This document shows positions 26,924 to 37,189 of a stretch of DNA of 64,000 nt, piece after piece. Below the pieces are notes generated by a model. It was not told where the DNA came from. It saw only the letters and a list, made by a program, of their open reading frames with translations, and did no database searches. The DNA comes from a virus. Location of the stretch: the IMG/VR virus record IMGVR_UViG_3300045800_000023, positions 1,839 through 65,838 of that record. The stretch is one strand, 5' to 3'. The first letter of the stretch is position 1. Each line of letters begins with the position of its first letter. Both the position numbers and the translations under genes were made by a program.

Positions 26924-29365
26924 ATGAACGTAACCCAGACATACCAAAAGGACTTGTGGCTTTGGAGGCCTAAGACCAAAAGAATCTTTGACAATGATCT
27001 TTGGGCTTCCTCTACCCAGATAGATGGCAAAGCCAAGGTTTCCATCCCGGCTACGTCCAAAGCCGTTAACAGGACCAATGGGTATGCTGCCTATTTAAGG
27101 GCCCCTTTTTATCTCTCTCCCACCAAAGCTATTATCCCAGCTTTGTCTCAAGCGACTAGAGCCAGCCAGCCATATCCTGACGCGGACGGTAACGTTACCA
27201 AAAGAGTTGCGGCCATCTATTCGGCCTCTCAACAAGTCATAACCTCTGATGGCAATCCTTCTCCCCCTCCTCTTTTTCCTCTGGACGTTAACAGCATTTT
27301 GTTGGTTGAAGGATCTATAAACAACGGTGGGGTGCCTTCTACACCAGCTATCGTATCTCCGCTAGCAACCCTAGCAGTAAAACCCATCGTGGGAGCGTTA
27401 GGCAAGGCAGTTGTAGGACGAGCCACCAATTCAAATGTTCAAAACCTGTGGTTTGTTGGCGGCAATTCAAGTTTTGGGTCTACTGCTATCTATACTCCTA
27501 AGACAGGGATGGACTTTGTTCAAGTAACCCAAAACGTTGACAACACCTTAACCGTTAGTTCTACCCTTATCGGAACCGCCAACCGTCTCTTTCCAACATG
27601 CTGCGTTATCGAAGGAGAGAGATACCTAGACCAGTTATTTTACACTGGGGGCATGACCTCTTGGACTGCCTTAAGCACAGGGACAATTATTTGTAAGCCC
27701 AACGGTACAGTAACGACTGCTACTGCGTGCCCCGAATCAATGACTCAGGCCTCGGCTATCAGTCTCCCTTACCCAAACAGCCTATCCGGTGCGGTAACGT
27801 CAGACTACGTTTTAGTTACGGGTGGATTGAACAGTGGACTTAACTCTTCTAAGACCTCGGTCTTCTTGTTTGACCCATATTTAGGAACTTGGAATACCTC
27901 TTCCTCTCCTCTTATAACAGCCAGGAGAGATCACAAGTCAATCCGTATTGATATTCAAAAGACTCTTACTAGGTCCGTTTTGATCGTAGGTGGAAAGACC
28001 GGGGTTTTCTCTAATGTTGGTCAAATTGCTCCTGGCCCAGGACCTATTGGAATTCCTCTTAATCAATGCGAAATAATTGACGCACCAAGCTCTGCTCCCA
28101 GTGGAGGGGCCGTTACCCTTACTCCCCGTAAGACTGGAAGCATGGCTGATGCTCGATATGCCTTTGGTATGACAAAATTGGGAGATGGCAGAATCCTTGT
28201 CTGCGGTGGTATTGGCTACAACCCAACTTACCCAATTGCAAGCAATACCGTAAATGAATACACCTATGAGCTTAACCGGTGCGAAATTTACGACCCCGAA
28301 ACAGAGATTTGGTCTCCAATTCAGAGCATGTTGGAGCCTCACAGTTATTGTACTTGCCATTATGTGCCACAAGCGAACAAGGTCTACGTCTATGGAGGCT
28401 ACACTTCTAAGCTAATCGAATACTTGGATCTTGACACTATGGTTTGGCATAATTCTTGTCACACAATGTCAACCCCTGTCGTGGCCGGGTCTGCTTTTGG
28501 AACTGCCTCTGGATTTATGGGCCTAATAGGTGGCGGGCACTACGACACGGCCTTAGGCACCTACACCCCTAATGGTAGCCCTGGATATTCCTGGAATGCC
28601 GTAAGTCCTAACGTGCCAGAATATGCAAGGTACGACGGACTGAATGCTGAGTGGAGGGTAGATAGCTATGACTCCAACACTGACACACTGTACCTTACAT
28701 CTAACGCAATCGGTAACTATACCAACACCAACGTTAGATGGTCTGACGCGGCTAGTGATTCTCAAGGGGCTTCGTTCGTTCTGGCAAAAGCTGTGCCAAG
28801 TTCAGACATTGATATCATTGGGCCTTATATTTTTGATTTGACGCAACCTTTTGCGATCTCTGGAACTGTGTTGATCTTGAACCAAGAAGTGTACAAAGGT
28901 CTTTCGTACAATGCCCTTACGGTGACCGCAGGAGCGACTTCAGTAGGGTCCGGGTGGATAGTACTCAACTACGGGTATGCGAGCCAGGAGGGCCCTATTA
29001 GGTGCCTTGGGGCGAATGATGACCTTACACTTGAAATTGATGCCGGGTACAAGTTCAAGAACAACCTTGGGTATGGCAGTGTAATTAACGTATTGTTCCA
29101 AAGGGCTGCGTTTGAGCCAGAATCACCTGTTGGGTCATTTTGGGTAACTGCGTCAAACGCGGGTAGAGCCGCTGCAATTGACTTTTTGGGTCAAATCTCA
29201 GCGGCTGGTATTGAATTAGACATTACGACTCGTTACCCAGGAGATCGGGGACTCGGGGCTGAAGGTCTCCCCACCAAAGACAACTACAAATTATCCGACT
29301 TAGTAGAAATCTTTGGTAGGGACGACGTAGACCAAGAACTAGAAGAGGCCCGAGGGTTAGATTAG
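26924..29365 (+). CDS. Kelch-repeat baseplate/tail protein
   Basis: ARRDH...LIVGG, ARYAF...ILVCGG, YVYGG repeats. Confidence 0.65.
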   Translation: MNVTQTYQKDLWLWRPKTKRIFDNDLWASSTQIDGKAKVSIPATSKAVNRTNGYAAYLRAPFYLSPTKAIIPALSQATRASQPYPDADGNVTKRVAAIYSASQQVITSDGNPSPPPLFPLDVNSILLVEGSINNGGVPSTPAIVSPLATLAVKPIVGALGKAVVGRATNSNVQNLWFVGGNSSFGSTAIYTPKTGMDFVQVTQNVDNTLTVSSTLIGTANRLFPTCCVIEGERYLDQLFYTGGMTSWTALSTGTIICKPNGTVTTATACPESMTQASAISLPYPNSLSGAVTSDYVLVTGGLNSGLNSSKTSVFLFDPYLGTWNTSSSPLITARRDHKSIRIDIQKTLTRSVLIVGGKTGVFSNVGQIAPGPGPIGIPLNQCEIIDAPSSAPSGGAVTLTPRKTGSMADARYAFGMTKLGDGRILVCGGIGYNPTYPIASNTVNEYTYELNRCEIYDPETEIWSPIQSMLEPHSYCTCHYVPQANKVYVYGGYTSKLIEYLDLDTMVWHNSCHTMSTPVVAGSAFGTASGFMGLIGGGHYDTALGTYTPNGSPGYSWNAVSPNVPEYARYDGLNAEWRVDSYDSNTDTLYLTSNAIGNYTNTNVRWSDAASDSQGASFVLAKAVPSSDIDIIGPYIFDLTQPFAISGTVLILNQEVYKGLSYNALTVTAGATSVGSGWIVLNYGYASQEGPIRCLGANDDLTLEIDAGYKFKNNLGYGSVINVLFQRAAFEPESPVGSFWVTASNAGRAAAIDFLGQISAAGIELDITTRYPGDRGLGAEGLPTKDNYKLSDLVEIFGRDDVDQELEEARGLD

Positions 29366-29739
29366 ACCGGTCGGCGAACGCGGATAACGCCGCCCCCGAT
29401 AGAATCAGTGTAGGCAAACCATTTTTCTACCGTATACCCGATAGAGATGTCGGCCTTACCCCAACCACGGGTTTGTTGACGATAAATCTGGTCACCCTTA
29501 CGGATAATGTCCTTGGGGCCAAGCATCCGATACTTTGTGGCCTTAGGAGCGGGCTTGTTAGGGCGGAAGTACAAATCTTCGTGACTTGAGTCAATGTCTC
29601 GGCCAGCGTCGCCAGTCTTAAAAGCGACGCCGTCGGTCGCACATACGTCTCCTTCTCGGATAACTGTTCCATCGCCCAGGAACTTACCCAGTTTAAAAAG
29701 TTGACTAAACACTTCGATGGCTTGAGCTGTTTTGTTCAT
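29362..29739 (-). CDS. Small early module protein (2 modules)
   Basis: YRMLGPKDIIRKGDQIY...RVRRPV; TTGACA-16-TAAAAT promoter; start ATG 29739. Confidence 0.65.
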   Translation of the reverse strand: MNKTAQAIEVFSQLFKLGKFLGDGTVIREGDVCATDGVAFKTGDAGRDIDSSHEDLYFRPNKPAPKATKYRMLGPKDIIRKGDQIYRQQTRGWGKADISIGYTVEKWFAYTDSIGGGVIRVRRPV

Positions 29740-29783
29740 GTTTTGCATTTTACTACTTTCTAAATGGATGTCAACAACAACAA

Positions 29784-30020
29784 TTATGCCTTATCGATGT
29801 CGGCAGCAACCTTGGCAAGACCTTCGATATGAGAGTAAAGGGCCTCCAGCTGCTTTTCGGATACAATATCTCCGCAGTCTCCGTATTCAAAAACCGCTCC
29901 GTGACACAAAGCATTGTTGAAACCGCTTACGAAGGCTCTGAGTCCTCCTTGGATAATCATAGCTCGGATAAGACGCTCGTTCATTTCTACTTGGTTGGAC
30001 AGCACAGGGTTTCTTAGCAT
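29784..30020 (-). CDS. Early hypothetical protein
   Basis: AAGGAG RBS, ATG 30020. Confidence 0.6.
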   Translation of the reverse strand: MLRNPVLSNQVEMNERLIRAMIIQGGLRAFVSGFNNALCHGAVFEYGDCGDIVSEKQLEALYSHIEGLAKVAADIDKA

Positions 30021-30052
30021 TGGCGGCTCCTTTGTTGGGGTTTGATGGGAGA

Positions 30053-30090
30053 ATCGTATCACGTTTTACCTACCTGTCAATAACAATCTT
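30053..30090. promoter_or_regulatory. Back-to-back early (-) and late (+) promoter cassette
   Basis: - strand TTGACA-16-TACGAT with extended TGn; + strand CAATCTT 6 nt before GTG 30097. Confidence 0.7.
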
Positions 30091-30096
30091 TGGGGG

Positions 30097-30516
30097 GTGG
30101 GCGTATCTAATCTAGTAACATCACCGCATTGTGTTGTATACGTAAACAGTGTCCCGTTTGCGCGCTGTTGTGGTCTTACGTATGATGTTATGAGTCCTAG
30201 AAAAGAGCTTCGAGGCATAGACGTATTGGAACCTGTGGAGCTGGTCCCGACTTCTCTGTCGATTAATGGGACGTTGCAGGCTTATAGGCTTCATCAAGAT
30301 GGCGGCGCAGAATCGGCGGGGTTGATTGCTACTTGGCAAAAAATGACCAAGGAGAAATACGCTGCGTTAATGGTTTTGGACCGGTCAACTGACACGGTTT
30401 TGGTGCAGGTAGACAAGTTTTGCGTCAATAATCAATCATGGCGCGTAGTTCCAAAATCATTCGTCCTGGGAACAATTACCTGGAGCGGGTTCGGTTATAG
30501 CAATGATTCAGAATAG
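30097..30516 (+). CDS. Tail-tube-like protein
   Basis: Beta-rich 139 aa; RGIDVLEPVELVP...GTL pattern. Confidence 0.55.
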   Translation: MGVSNLVTSPHCVVYVNSVPFARCCGLTYDVMSPRKELRGIDVLEPVELVPTSLSINGTLQAYRLHQDGGAESAGLIATWQKMTKEKYAALMVLDRSTDTVLVQVDKFCVNNQSWRVVPKSFVLGTITWSGFGYSNDSE

Positions 30517-30555
30517 TAATCTTGAAAGGCATGAAATGTCTAAGGATAACGCATA

Positions 30556-32697
30556 ATGGCTAGTCTCGGAGAATTCAACTGGCAGGGCCAACAACGGGCT
30601 GACGCACCCCATCTAAAAATGTTAGAGAGCGGTGTCCGTGGCGATCTTGACGCATTGGCCTACACGCTGGTGGGGGAACAGCCGATGGTCGTCAAAGGCT
30701 TTGAGCTGCTGTCCAACCCAGTAGGCCTAGAAGCATCTCTAATCGCTTTCAAGGTGGCGTCAAGCAGAATTCTACATCCTCTCGCTTCTGAATCTGGGTC
30801 AATCTTCGCAGTCCCTAGCAATCGACCAAACGAAGTAATTGATCCAAACAGCAACCCAAGGGTACAGGGGTCGATTCAGCCAGGAACGACTACTTACATT
30901 GGCATTGACCTTAAGCGTAGTGCCGATGCTTCAACCGCAGACGTTGTTGCTTTCCTCGACCCTTCCCAGAATCAAGAATATTCCCAAAAAATTCCTCTAA
31001 GGCGAACACTTGATTATGTCTGGATTGTATCTCAGTCAGATTTTACCTTCAACCGTTCCGTTTGTCCAGTAGCGATTGTTACCACCAATAGCTTAAACGT
31101 AATCACGTCGTTTCAAGACGCTAGACCTCTACTAGGACGCCTTACCCCTGGGGGCTCGGTTCCTTCAGCGGTTTCAATGTATGGTTGGCCAGGTGGGCGT
31201 ACTGAATCTATCACCAATCCAATCGCTGGCGACAAGGCCCTCAGAAGTTTCAAGGACGTGATAAACGCGGTCGAGACGAGGTTGTGGGAGCTAGGCGGCG
31301 GCGATTTCTGGTACTCTCCCACAGCCGACAGAAACGTTCATCTTCATACAGGTGCGGCTACATTTAGTTCCAGTGGTGAAAGCTTTGAGGTTGTTTTAGG
31401 AACGCCAAACCATTTACACTGGAAGGGGCTGAGTTTTTCATACGACAACTCCCCACAGTTCACTACAGCTATTGAAGATCAAATAGTTTCCTTTGCCGGT
31501 CTGACAGACCTAGCTTCCGGCGACTGTATATATATTGATCTAGACAGAACCTCAGGAACTCCCGCCGCTGTTCAAAAAGGGCAACTGTCAACCTTAGGAA
31601 TTGGCTCGAAGCCTGGTTCAAGATGGGTAATTGCTTCTCGTATTGGAGACAATTTCTATGTTTCGGGCCAACCCTGGCCTATTGGTAGTTCTTTCGCCTT
31701 AGCCACAACTTCCCATGCGGGGATGATGAAGACCAATCTAGACATGGCTTCACCTAACCCGATTGCGGCCACTATTGTTCCCCCTGGGGGTCCGGCTTCT
31801 GGCACAGTTACAGGAAGAGGCCTGTCGAACAATATAGATCAAGGGACAGCGAGATCTCCTGGATTTGATACCAATTCTGATATTCAAATTGGTCGAGGGA
31901 CCGCCTCTGGAGACAATAACATAGTCGTATATACTGACAGCGCAACTACCGGTACTTCCATAAAGGGAAGTGGAGATGTGGGGCATCCATTGCTGTCGGT
32001 ATCTCACAACAGCATGACGGCTCTTAGTGAGATTAACAGCACTCCACTGTTCCTAAATACTTCCAGATTTGAAGGAACCAGATCTTGGGCTATTAGAGCG
32101 ATTGATACGTTGCCTGCAAGTCCTTCGGGAGGATCGGGCCTTGTAACACAAGAAATAAAATACTTCTACAAACGAAGAAAAACCTTTAAAAGTAACTGTA
32201 GATTGCTGCAAACAGCTAGTGGTGCATTTTCCTATAACGACACCTCTAAAACTTTGACCAGAACAGGGATTGGTGTATTCCAAATTGACTCAGTTACACC
32301 AGCAATTAACGACAGGGTCTTAGTTAACGTTTCTGGAGCATTGTACAATGGTATTTATAAGGTAACCACATTAGGAACGAATAATCCTGGAGGCGTTCCT
32401 CTCGTTCTAACAAGAGATTATGACTGTGGAGGGCTTCTTAGTGCTACCGTCACAGGACTGGGATACGATGTTTTTGATGGTACATCTGTTAAGGTAACCG
32501 AAGGTACGGTTTACGCTAACACTTCTTGGATTGTCAATGCAACTCATGTGGGGGGTAGCGTGCTGCTGGATGGCACAATGGCTTTCTCGTGGGATCCAAT
32601 TCCGTCAACTGAAAAAAATTCAGACCAATTATGCGTTATGTGGTTTGACGGTTCGTATACGATCATTACTACCGGGCCAGAATATCCATTAGTCTAA
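30556..32697 (+). CDS. Tail fibre/baseplate-attached virion protein
   Basis: NDRVLVN...YNGIYKV...LTRDYD...VKVTEGTVYANTSW domain common in phage fibres. Confidence 0.65.
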   Translation: MASLGEFNWQGQQRADAPHLKMLESGVRGDLDALAYTLVGEQPMVVKGFELLSNPVGLEASLIAFKVASSRILHPLASESGSIFAVPSNRPNEVIDPNSNPRVQGSIQPGTTTYIGIDLKRSADASTADVVAFLDPSQNQEYSQKIPLRRTLDYVWIVSQSDFTFNRSVCPVAIVTTNSLNVITSFQDARPLLGRLTPGGSVPSAVSMYGWPGGRTESITNPIAGDKALRSFKDVINAVETRLWELGGGDFWYSPTADRNVHLHTGAATFSSSGESFEVVLGTPNHLHWKGLSFSYDNSPQFTTAIEDQIVSFAGLTDLASGDCIYIDLDRTSGTPAAVQKGQLSTLGIGSKPGSRWVIASRIGDNFYVSGQPWPIGSSFALATTSHAGMMKTNLDMASPNPIAATIVPPGGPASGTVTGRGLSNNIDQGTARSPGFDTNSDIQIGRGTASGDNNIVVYTDSATTGTSIKGSGDVGHPLLSVSHNSMTALSEINSTPLFLNTSRFEGTRSWAIRAIDTLPASPSGGSGLVTQEIKYFYKRRKTFKSNCRLLQTASGAFSYNDTSKTLTRTGIGVFQIDSVTPAINDRVLVNVSGALYNGIYKVTTLGTNNPGGVPLVLTRDYDCGGLLSATVTGLGYDVFDGTSVKVTEGTVYANTSWIVNATHVGGSVLLDGTMAFSWDPIPSTEKNSDQLCVMWFDGSYTIITTGPEYPLV

Positions 32698-32704
32698 GGA
32701 AAAC

Positions 32705-33730
32705 ATGCCAACACCAGGTTTTATAGGAAACGGGTTTTACACATCTAAATTGTTCTTTGGCGGGGTTACTGATTCGGTAGCCTCTCCTTCGGTTATCTTG
32801 AACGATCCGATCAATCTTTCTGTAAATTATCGAGTTCGTGATCTTACCGTCAATTCGCTTTTTAATGTATACCAAATAACCTCGGACTTTTCTTGCCACA
32901 AGATTTTTTGTAGCGGAACCCTGACCTTGAATGCTGGAGGTTGGATCTCGGCTGATGCAGATTTACTTCATGGAGGTCCCAATCCGACTCAAGATGGATC
33001 TTATGGGTTCGGTATGGCTGGTGGGGTTGGGGGAAGCGGAGCAGGCGGCTCTGGACAGCTTTTAACTGGGTCAGCAGGGGCTCCAGATACGACCATTTCC
33101 CCCTTTCAACCTGTATTTTTAGGTGGTCCTGGTGGTAACGGGGGCACCCATGGTTCCCATCCTGGTGGGGTTGGAGGAAGCACGAGAGGTCTAGATACCA
33201 TCAACGATAATTTTGAGGCGTCTATCTACGAACACGCTTGCCTATGGATTAATCCTGCCATTTATAGTGCAAATCCAACAACATTTACAAATTGGGCTGG
33301 CCACTACGCTCCAGGATACGCCATGGCCCCTATATGTGGCGGTGGCGGTGGTGGGGGCTGTGCTGATGTAGGAAGCTCTAATACGGGTGGAGGTGGTGCC
33401 GGTGGAGGGGTAGTATATGTGGCTGCTAACAGAATTGTCCTGAATGGCGGCGGCATTACTGCGAACGGTCAAAGAGCCGCTGCCGGGAATGGCGGCGGGG
33501 GCGGGGGCGGGGGTGTAATAGTCCTAGTAACAAACGAGCTGATGTTTGTCCCAGGGGCCGGAAGTATCATAAAAGTCGATGGGGGAGACGGTGGTGGGTT
33601 AGGGGCCTCTGATGGTGGGAAAGGAACTATTTTGGTGTTTAGCGATCAGTTAGTGGGACAATTCTCAACCACACAATTGACCGAATCGGTATACAAACAA
33701 GCTCTTGTTAATTTTCACAAGCAAGGCTAA
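32705..33730 (+). CDS. Glycine-rich virion protein
   Basis: GGGGGG/GAGGG repeats, GGAGGGVV motif. Confidence 0.65.
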   Translation: MPTPGFIGNGFYTSKLFFGGVTDSVASPSVILNDPINLSVNYRVRDLTVNSLFNVYQITSDFSCHKIFCSGTLTLNAGGWISADADLLHGGPNPTQDGSYGFGMAGGVGGSGAGGSGQLLTGSAGAPDTTISPFQPVFLGGPGGNGGTHGSHPGGVGGSTRGLDTINDNFEASIYEHACLWINPAIYSANPTTFTNWAGHYAPGYAMAPICGGGGGGGCADVGSSNTGGGGAGGGVVYVAANRIVLNGGGITANGQRAAAGNGGGGGGGGVIVLVTNELMFVPGAGSIIKVDGGDGGGLGASDGGKGTILVFSDQLVGQFSTTQLTESVYKQALVNFHKQG

Positions 33731-34587
33731 TTGCACGTCGGGCCCTTAGACAGAATGTACGACGGGGAGTTTTTGCAGCTGTGTGCGCAGAATCCACATG
33801 TTGCAAAATAGGTGTAGTCGCAAGCTCCGAATTCCGCAAAAAGTTGGCAATCAGTTAGTGTTCTCACTACCTTTTGCCCCGATATAGTAGTACCGTCGAA
33901 AAACATTCCTAGTGGTGGCAAAACGTCTTGGCAGGCTTCTGGTGCCGTTATCCCAATGAATATACCACTACTATAGATAAACGGATGGGGCACGGTGCAA
34001 TTGTTAATTGTATCGTTAACCGTAGTTGACGTATTTGTAACGGTTATTGTCTTTGTTTGATCTGATGCAGAAATAAAGGTGTAGACAATAGTTTTTGTCC
34101 CCGTTGAAGTAACCGTCTCTGTTTGAGTTCCTGCTCTAAATGTCTGTGTGGCGGTGCTGCTTGAAGCAAGCGTCTTTGTTTGACTGGCTGTCTGGGTCTG
34201 GGTTGAGGTGTCCGTCTGTGTATTCGTTGCGCTTTGAGTCACCGTCTGTGTCTGGGTATCGCTTTGCGTTACAGTTTGACTCACCGTTTCAGTAACGCTT
34301 TGTGTCTTCGTTTGGGTGTCTGACACCGTGGCGGTCACCGTCCCTGTAGAGGTCTGGGTTTGCGTCACAGTGTCAGTATCGGTCTTAGCCGCAGTTCTTG
34401 TGTTGGTAGAGGTTTCTGATACAGTATAAGTGCCAGAACCTGTCCCATACCCCAGCTTTGGAACACTATGGGTAACGGTCTGTGTTAGGCTGTCCGTGTT
34501 GGTGTCAGTATCGGTAGGGAAGTTGGTTCCTTCTCCGCTTACTGCGCAACCTGTCAAAAGCAAAAATACTAGAATGATTGTTTTCAT
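33727..34587 (-). CDS. Early Thr-rich lipoprotein with Cys-rich C-terminal domain
   Basis: MKTIILVFLLLTG|C lipobox; ~150 aa of T-x repeats; AAGGAG RBS. Confidence 0.7.
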   Translation of the reverse strand: MKTIILVFLLLTGCAVSGEGTNFPTDTDTNTDSLTQTVTHSVPKLGYGTGSGTYTVSETSTNTRTAAKTDTDTVTQTQTSTGTVTATVSDTQTKTQSVTETVSQTVTQSDTQTQTVTQSATNTQTDTSTQTQTASQTKTLASSSTATQTFRAGTQTETVTSTGTKTIVYTFISASDQTKTITVTNTSTTVNDTINNCTVPHPFIYSSGIFIGITAPEACQDVLPPLGMFFDGTTISGQKVVRTLTDCQLFAEFGACDYTYFATCGFCAHSCKNSPSYILSKGPTCN

Positions 34588-34611
34588 GTTTGAGGTCTCC
34601 TTAGTGGCATT

Positions 34612-34650
34612 ACAATACCTCAAAGATTGTAGCAAGTCAACAACAATCTT
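34612..34650. promoter_or_regulatory. Back-to-back early (-) and late (+) promoter cassette
   Basis: - strand TTGACT-17-TATTGT; + strand CAATCTT 6 nt before ATG 34657. Confidence 0.7.
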
Positions 34651-34656
34651 TTGAAC

Positions 34657-35094
34657 ATGCCGCACATTCAGCTTGCCGACCAGGCCTATGCCGTTACCGG
34701 GGCCACTTACGGTACTTTGACGCTTACTGCCAATACAGGCTCCAGTCTGTCTACCCTCTACGTAGGGATGATTGGAACTATCCTAGGCCCTGCTGGTAGT
34801 CCGACCCACAAAAGGGTCGAAATCGTCTCTGTAGGTGCCCCCGGAACCATTACAGTTGCCTCTATGCCGTTTCAGTTTGAGGGTGGTGTACCGGTGCAGC
34901 TAGACCTCTCAGCTTACAACAACGGCTCCTTGACTTTCGAAGCTCAATTAGCAGACGTCCCTTCTCTGTACGCAACTTCAAATGGCAGCGCCTTTACTAA
35001 CGTTGCGGCGGTTTTGATGGCTACAGGAACCGGCAAGACCGTAGACAACGTAATCACGGCTTTACAGACCCTAGGCCTATTCAAGCAATCCTAG
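34657..35094 (+). CDS. Late virion/fibre-associated protein
   Basis: Late motif; C-terminal VDNVITALQTLGL motif seen in phage head fibres. Confidence 0.55.
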   Translation: MPHIQLADQAYAVTGATYGTLTLTANTGSSLSTLYVGMIGTILGPAGSPTHKRVEIVSVGAPGTITVASMPFQFEGGVPVQLDLSAYNNGSLTFEAQLADVPSLYATSNGSAFTNVAAVLMATGTGKTVDNVITALQTLGLFKQS

Positions 35095-35471
35095 CAAGTG
35101 AATGGCCTCAACAAGGCACAATCGTTTGCCGACAATTGGTTTTTTTCGTTAGCCAGGATTGCGTCCTTGGGGATTTTATCTCCCGGAAGCTCAATCTCTG
35201 TGGCCAAAAGCTCGTCATTGTCTTTAGCGAAGGTCTCTCTGTTTTCTGGACCGACAGTAAGGTTACCTTCAAGCGTTGGAGTGCCGTACTTAACGAATAG
35301 TTTTTGCCTTGCTTCGTAGTATTGCTTATTCTTGATGATTGCCTCCAAGAGAGTGTCCCCAAATGGCCAGGAGTATTTGACGGGCAGATCTAGGGCTGTC
35401 AATTTGCGTAGGGGCGCTCGGTCTTCTCCTGCCATGGCTTCTACTAGTTGGATTAGGGTAACTTTGATCAT
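35091..35471 (-). CDS. Conserved phage hypothetical protein
   Basis: YEARQKLFVKYG...ELLATEIEL. Confidence 0.6.
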   Translation of the reverse strand: MIKVTLIQLVEAMAGEDRAPLRKLTALDLPVKYSWPFGDTLLEAIIKNKQYYEARQKLFVKYGTPTLEGNLTVGPENRETFAKDNDELLATEIELPGDKIPKDAILANEKNQLSANDCALLRPFTC

Positions 35472-36349
35472 TGTTCTCCTGTTAACGAATCAATTTGTGG
35501 TAGCAGACTAAAACACTCGTACGCTTTCAAGCGCATCTTCAAAGATTCAAACCCGCCCGTGACTTTGGTGACGGACTCTGGCCGAAAGTCCAGCTGGGGC
35601 AGAACAACTTCGTAGTTCTTTTGGACCCTGGCTTTATCGGCCTGTAGTTTATCCCAGTTCTTAACGCTAACGCACTGAGGCTTAATTGCCCCCATAACCC
35701 TGTAGAAATCGTCAGGGGTGGTTACGTCCAGGGCGTTCAAAAACGGCTCGACTTGCTTCTTGGTTAGCCGCTCAACCCCTTTTATATTATCAGACGAATC
35801 TCCAAACAACGCCTTAGCCAGATAGATACGTCCTGGGTTGTCTATTAGGTGATAGTGCTCATAAATGTCAGAAGGTTCGACAAATCGCTTCAGGTTGGGG
35901 CTAAACACTTTTACGTTGGGAAATTGCAGGAGGCCTTGGAGGTCTTTGTCGCCCGATAAAATAACACAGTCCTGCCCTTTTATCATTTTCACAGCATAGG
36001 CGATGCCGTCATCTCCCTCTTTTGAGGGCTCTTCAACGTGTAGCCCCGGCCACGTTTTAAGGACAGCGTATGCTTCAGGGAGTGGGTTAAAATCTCTCTG
36101 TTCTCTGTTCGCTTTGTAGGTTGGAAGTATGATCTTCCTGGAATCCCTACTATTGGCTCCATCGTAGCAAAACACCATTCTTACATTCTTGCCAGACAAC
36201 TCATTACGAAGGAAGGCCAGTAAGCTTGCGACACTTCCAAAGATATGTCCACTATTTTTGCCAGAAGACGTCAACAGTGTCGAATTAGCATACGCGGCCC
36301 GATAAATTAAGTTGCTGGTATCAATAATTAGGAAGGTCTTTTCTCTCAT
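35468..36349 (-). CDS. 5'-3' exonuclease/flap endonuclease (PolA-N/T4 RNase H-like)
   Basis: IIDTSNLIYRA, YKANR, EGDDGIA, SGDKDLQ, GDSSDNIKGV. Confidence 0.9.
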   Translation of the reverse strand: MREKTFLIIDTSNLIYRAAYANSTLLTSSGKNSGHIFGSVASLLAFLRNELSGKNVRMVFCYDGANSRDSRKIILPTYKANREQRDFNPLPEAYAVLKTWPGLHVEEPSKEGDDGIAYAVKMIKGQDCVILSGDKDLQGLLQFPNVKVFSPNLKRFVEPSDIYEHYHLIDNPGRIYLAKALFGDSSDNIKGVERLTKKQVEPFLNALDVTTPDDFYRVMGAIKPQCVSVKNWDKLQADKARVQKNYEVVLPQLDFRPESVTKVTGGFESLKMRLKAYECFSLLPQIDSLTGEQ

Positions 36350-36397
36350 TGCAACTCCATACAACTGGATTGGAAAAAAGTTTTGAGAAAAATTCCA

Positions 36398-36799
36398 TCA
36401 TAGGTAAATTCCAGGCCTGAACCCTGCCACTACTGGGACTAAACTTTCCCTTGAGGTGAAGAACCCCTCCACCAGGAAGAAGAATTGGACAAAGGTCATG
36501 TCAAGGCCATAGGAGCTGTGCATTGATGCCCAGCTTATGGCGACACTTTCGTTCAATGTTGCGAACGAAGCTCCCTCTAACAACCGGTACAAGACAACAG
36601 ACAAATCCGACGCGGGATGATCCAAAACGTATTCTGCGTTTGATCGAAAGAAGCTTTGCAGGTAACCCAGGTGTGAACAGGGACCGTCAGCTAACATCAT
36701 TCTGAACATTAGCCGAAGTTCTTCCATCTTCTCAGAATCCAGATCTTCTAGGCCCGTAAGATCTTCCCAAGTATAGGGAATCGTTTTAGGGGGTTTCAT
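36398..36799 (-). CDS. Hypothetical protein
   Basis: ORF track; coupled to its neighbour. Confidence 0.55.
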   Translation of the reverse strand: MKPPKTIPYTWEDLTGLEDLDSEKMEELRLMFRMMLADGPCSHLGYLQSFFRSNAEYVLDHPASDLSVVLYRLLEGASFATLNESVAISWASMHSSYGLDMTFVQFFFLVEGFFTSRESLVPVVAGFRPGIYL

Positions 36800-37008
36800 G
36801 GCTCATCCTTAGGGAAGGCAGCAATTACAAGTTTGACTATCCCTGAACAGATACAGTATACCATCATTAGAGGCCAAATGGGTGTCGCCAGGACTAGCTC
36901 TGCTGCTCGTTTTACATCATAAGAATTATAAGACATTCCCCACCGTATCAGAGCTATCCATAAGTAGATAACCCCAAACACAATATATGCAGGAATTAAA
37001 TTGTTCAT
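36796..37008 (-). CDS. Small two-TM membrane protein
   Basis: Hydrophobic segments. Confidence 0.55.
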   Translation of the reverse strand: MNNLIPAYIVFGVIYLWIALIRWGMSYNSYDVKRAAELVLATPIWPLMMVYCICSGIVKLVIAAFPKDEP

Positions 37009-37189
37009 GTCTTCTTCTTTCGTGGCTTCTTAGGAATTCTAGGTAAGGCCACATCATCACATGGGTTTAGAAAATCATCGATTAGTTCACTTAGCAGCAT
37101 AGGCTGCGGTTCAGTCATTGATTTTAGCCTGTCTTGTTCGTCTGGGGTCAGTCCATCTACGGTCATTTGGTACTCCTTAATCTCTGGCT

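Noticed and set aside
26909-26932. In-frame TAA between the 437-aa and 813-aa baseplate ORFs, suggesting readthrough or a nonsense mutation
   Set aside because: The junction TAAGGAAACATG contains an RBS and nearly repeats the junction at 32695-32707 (TAAGGAAAACATG), so two genuine genes is the simpler reading
18849-29672. Numerous 60-144-aa antisense ORFs within the baseplate genes, and similar ones throughout the window
   Set aside because: They lie opposite long motif-bearing genes, lack RBS or promoter support and show no recognisable motifs
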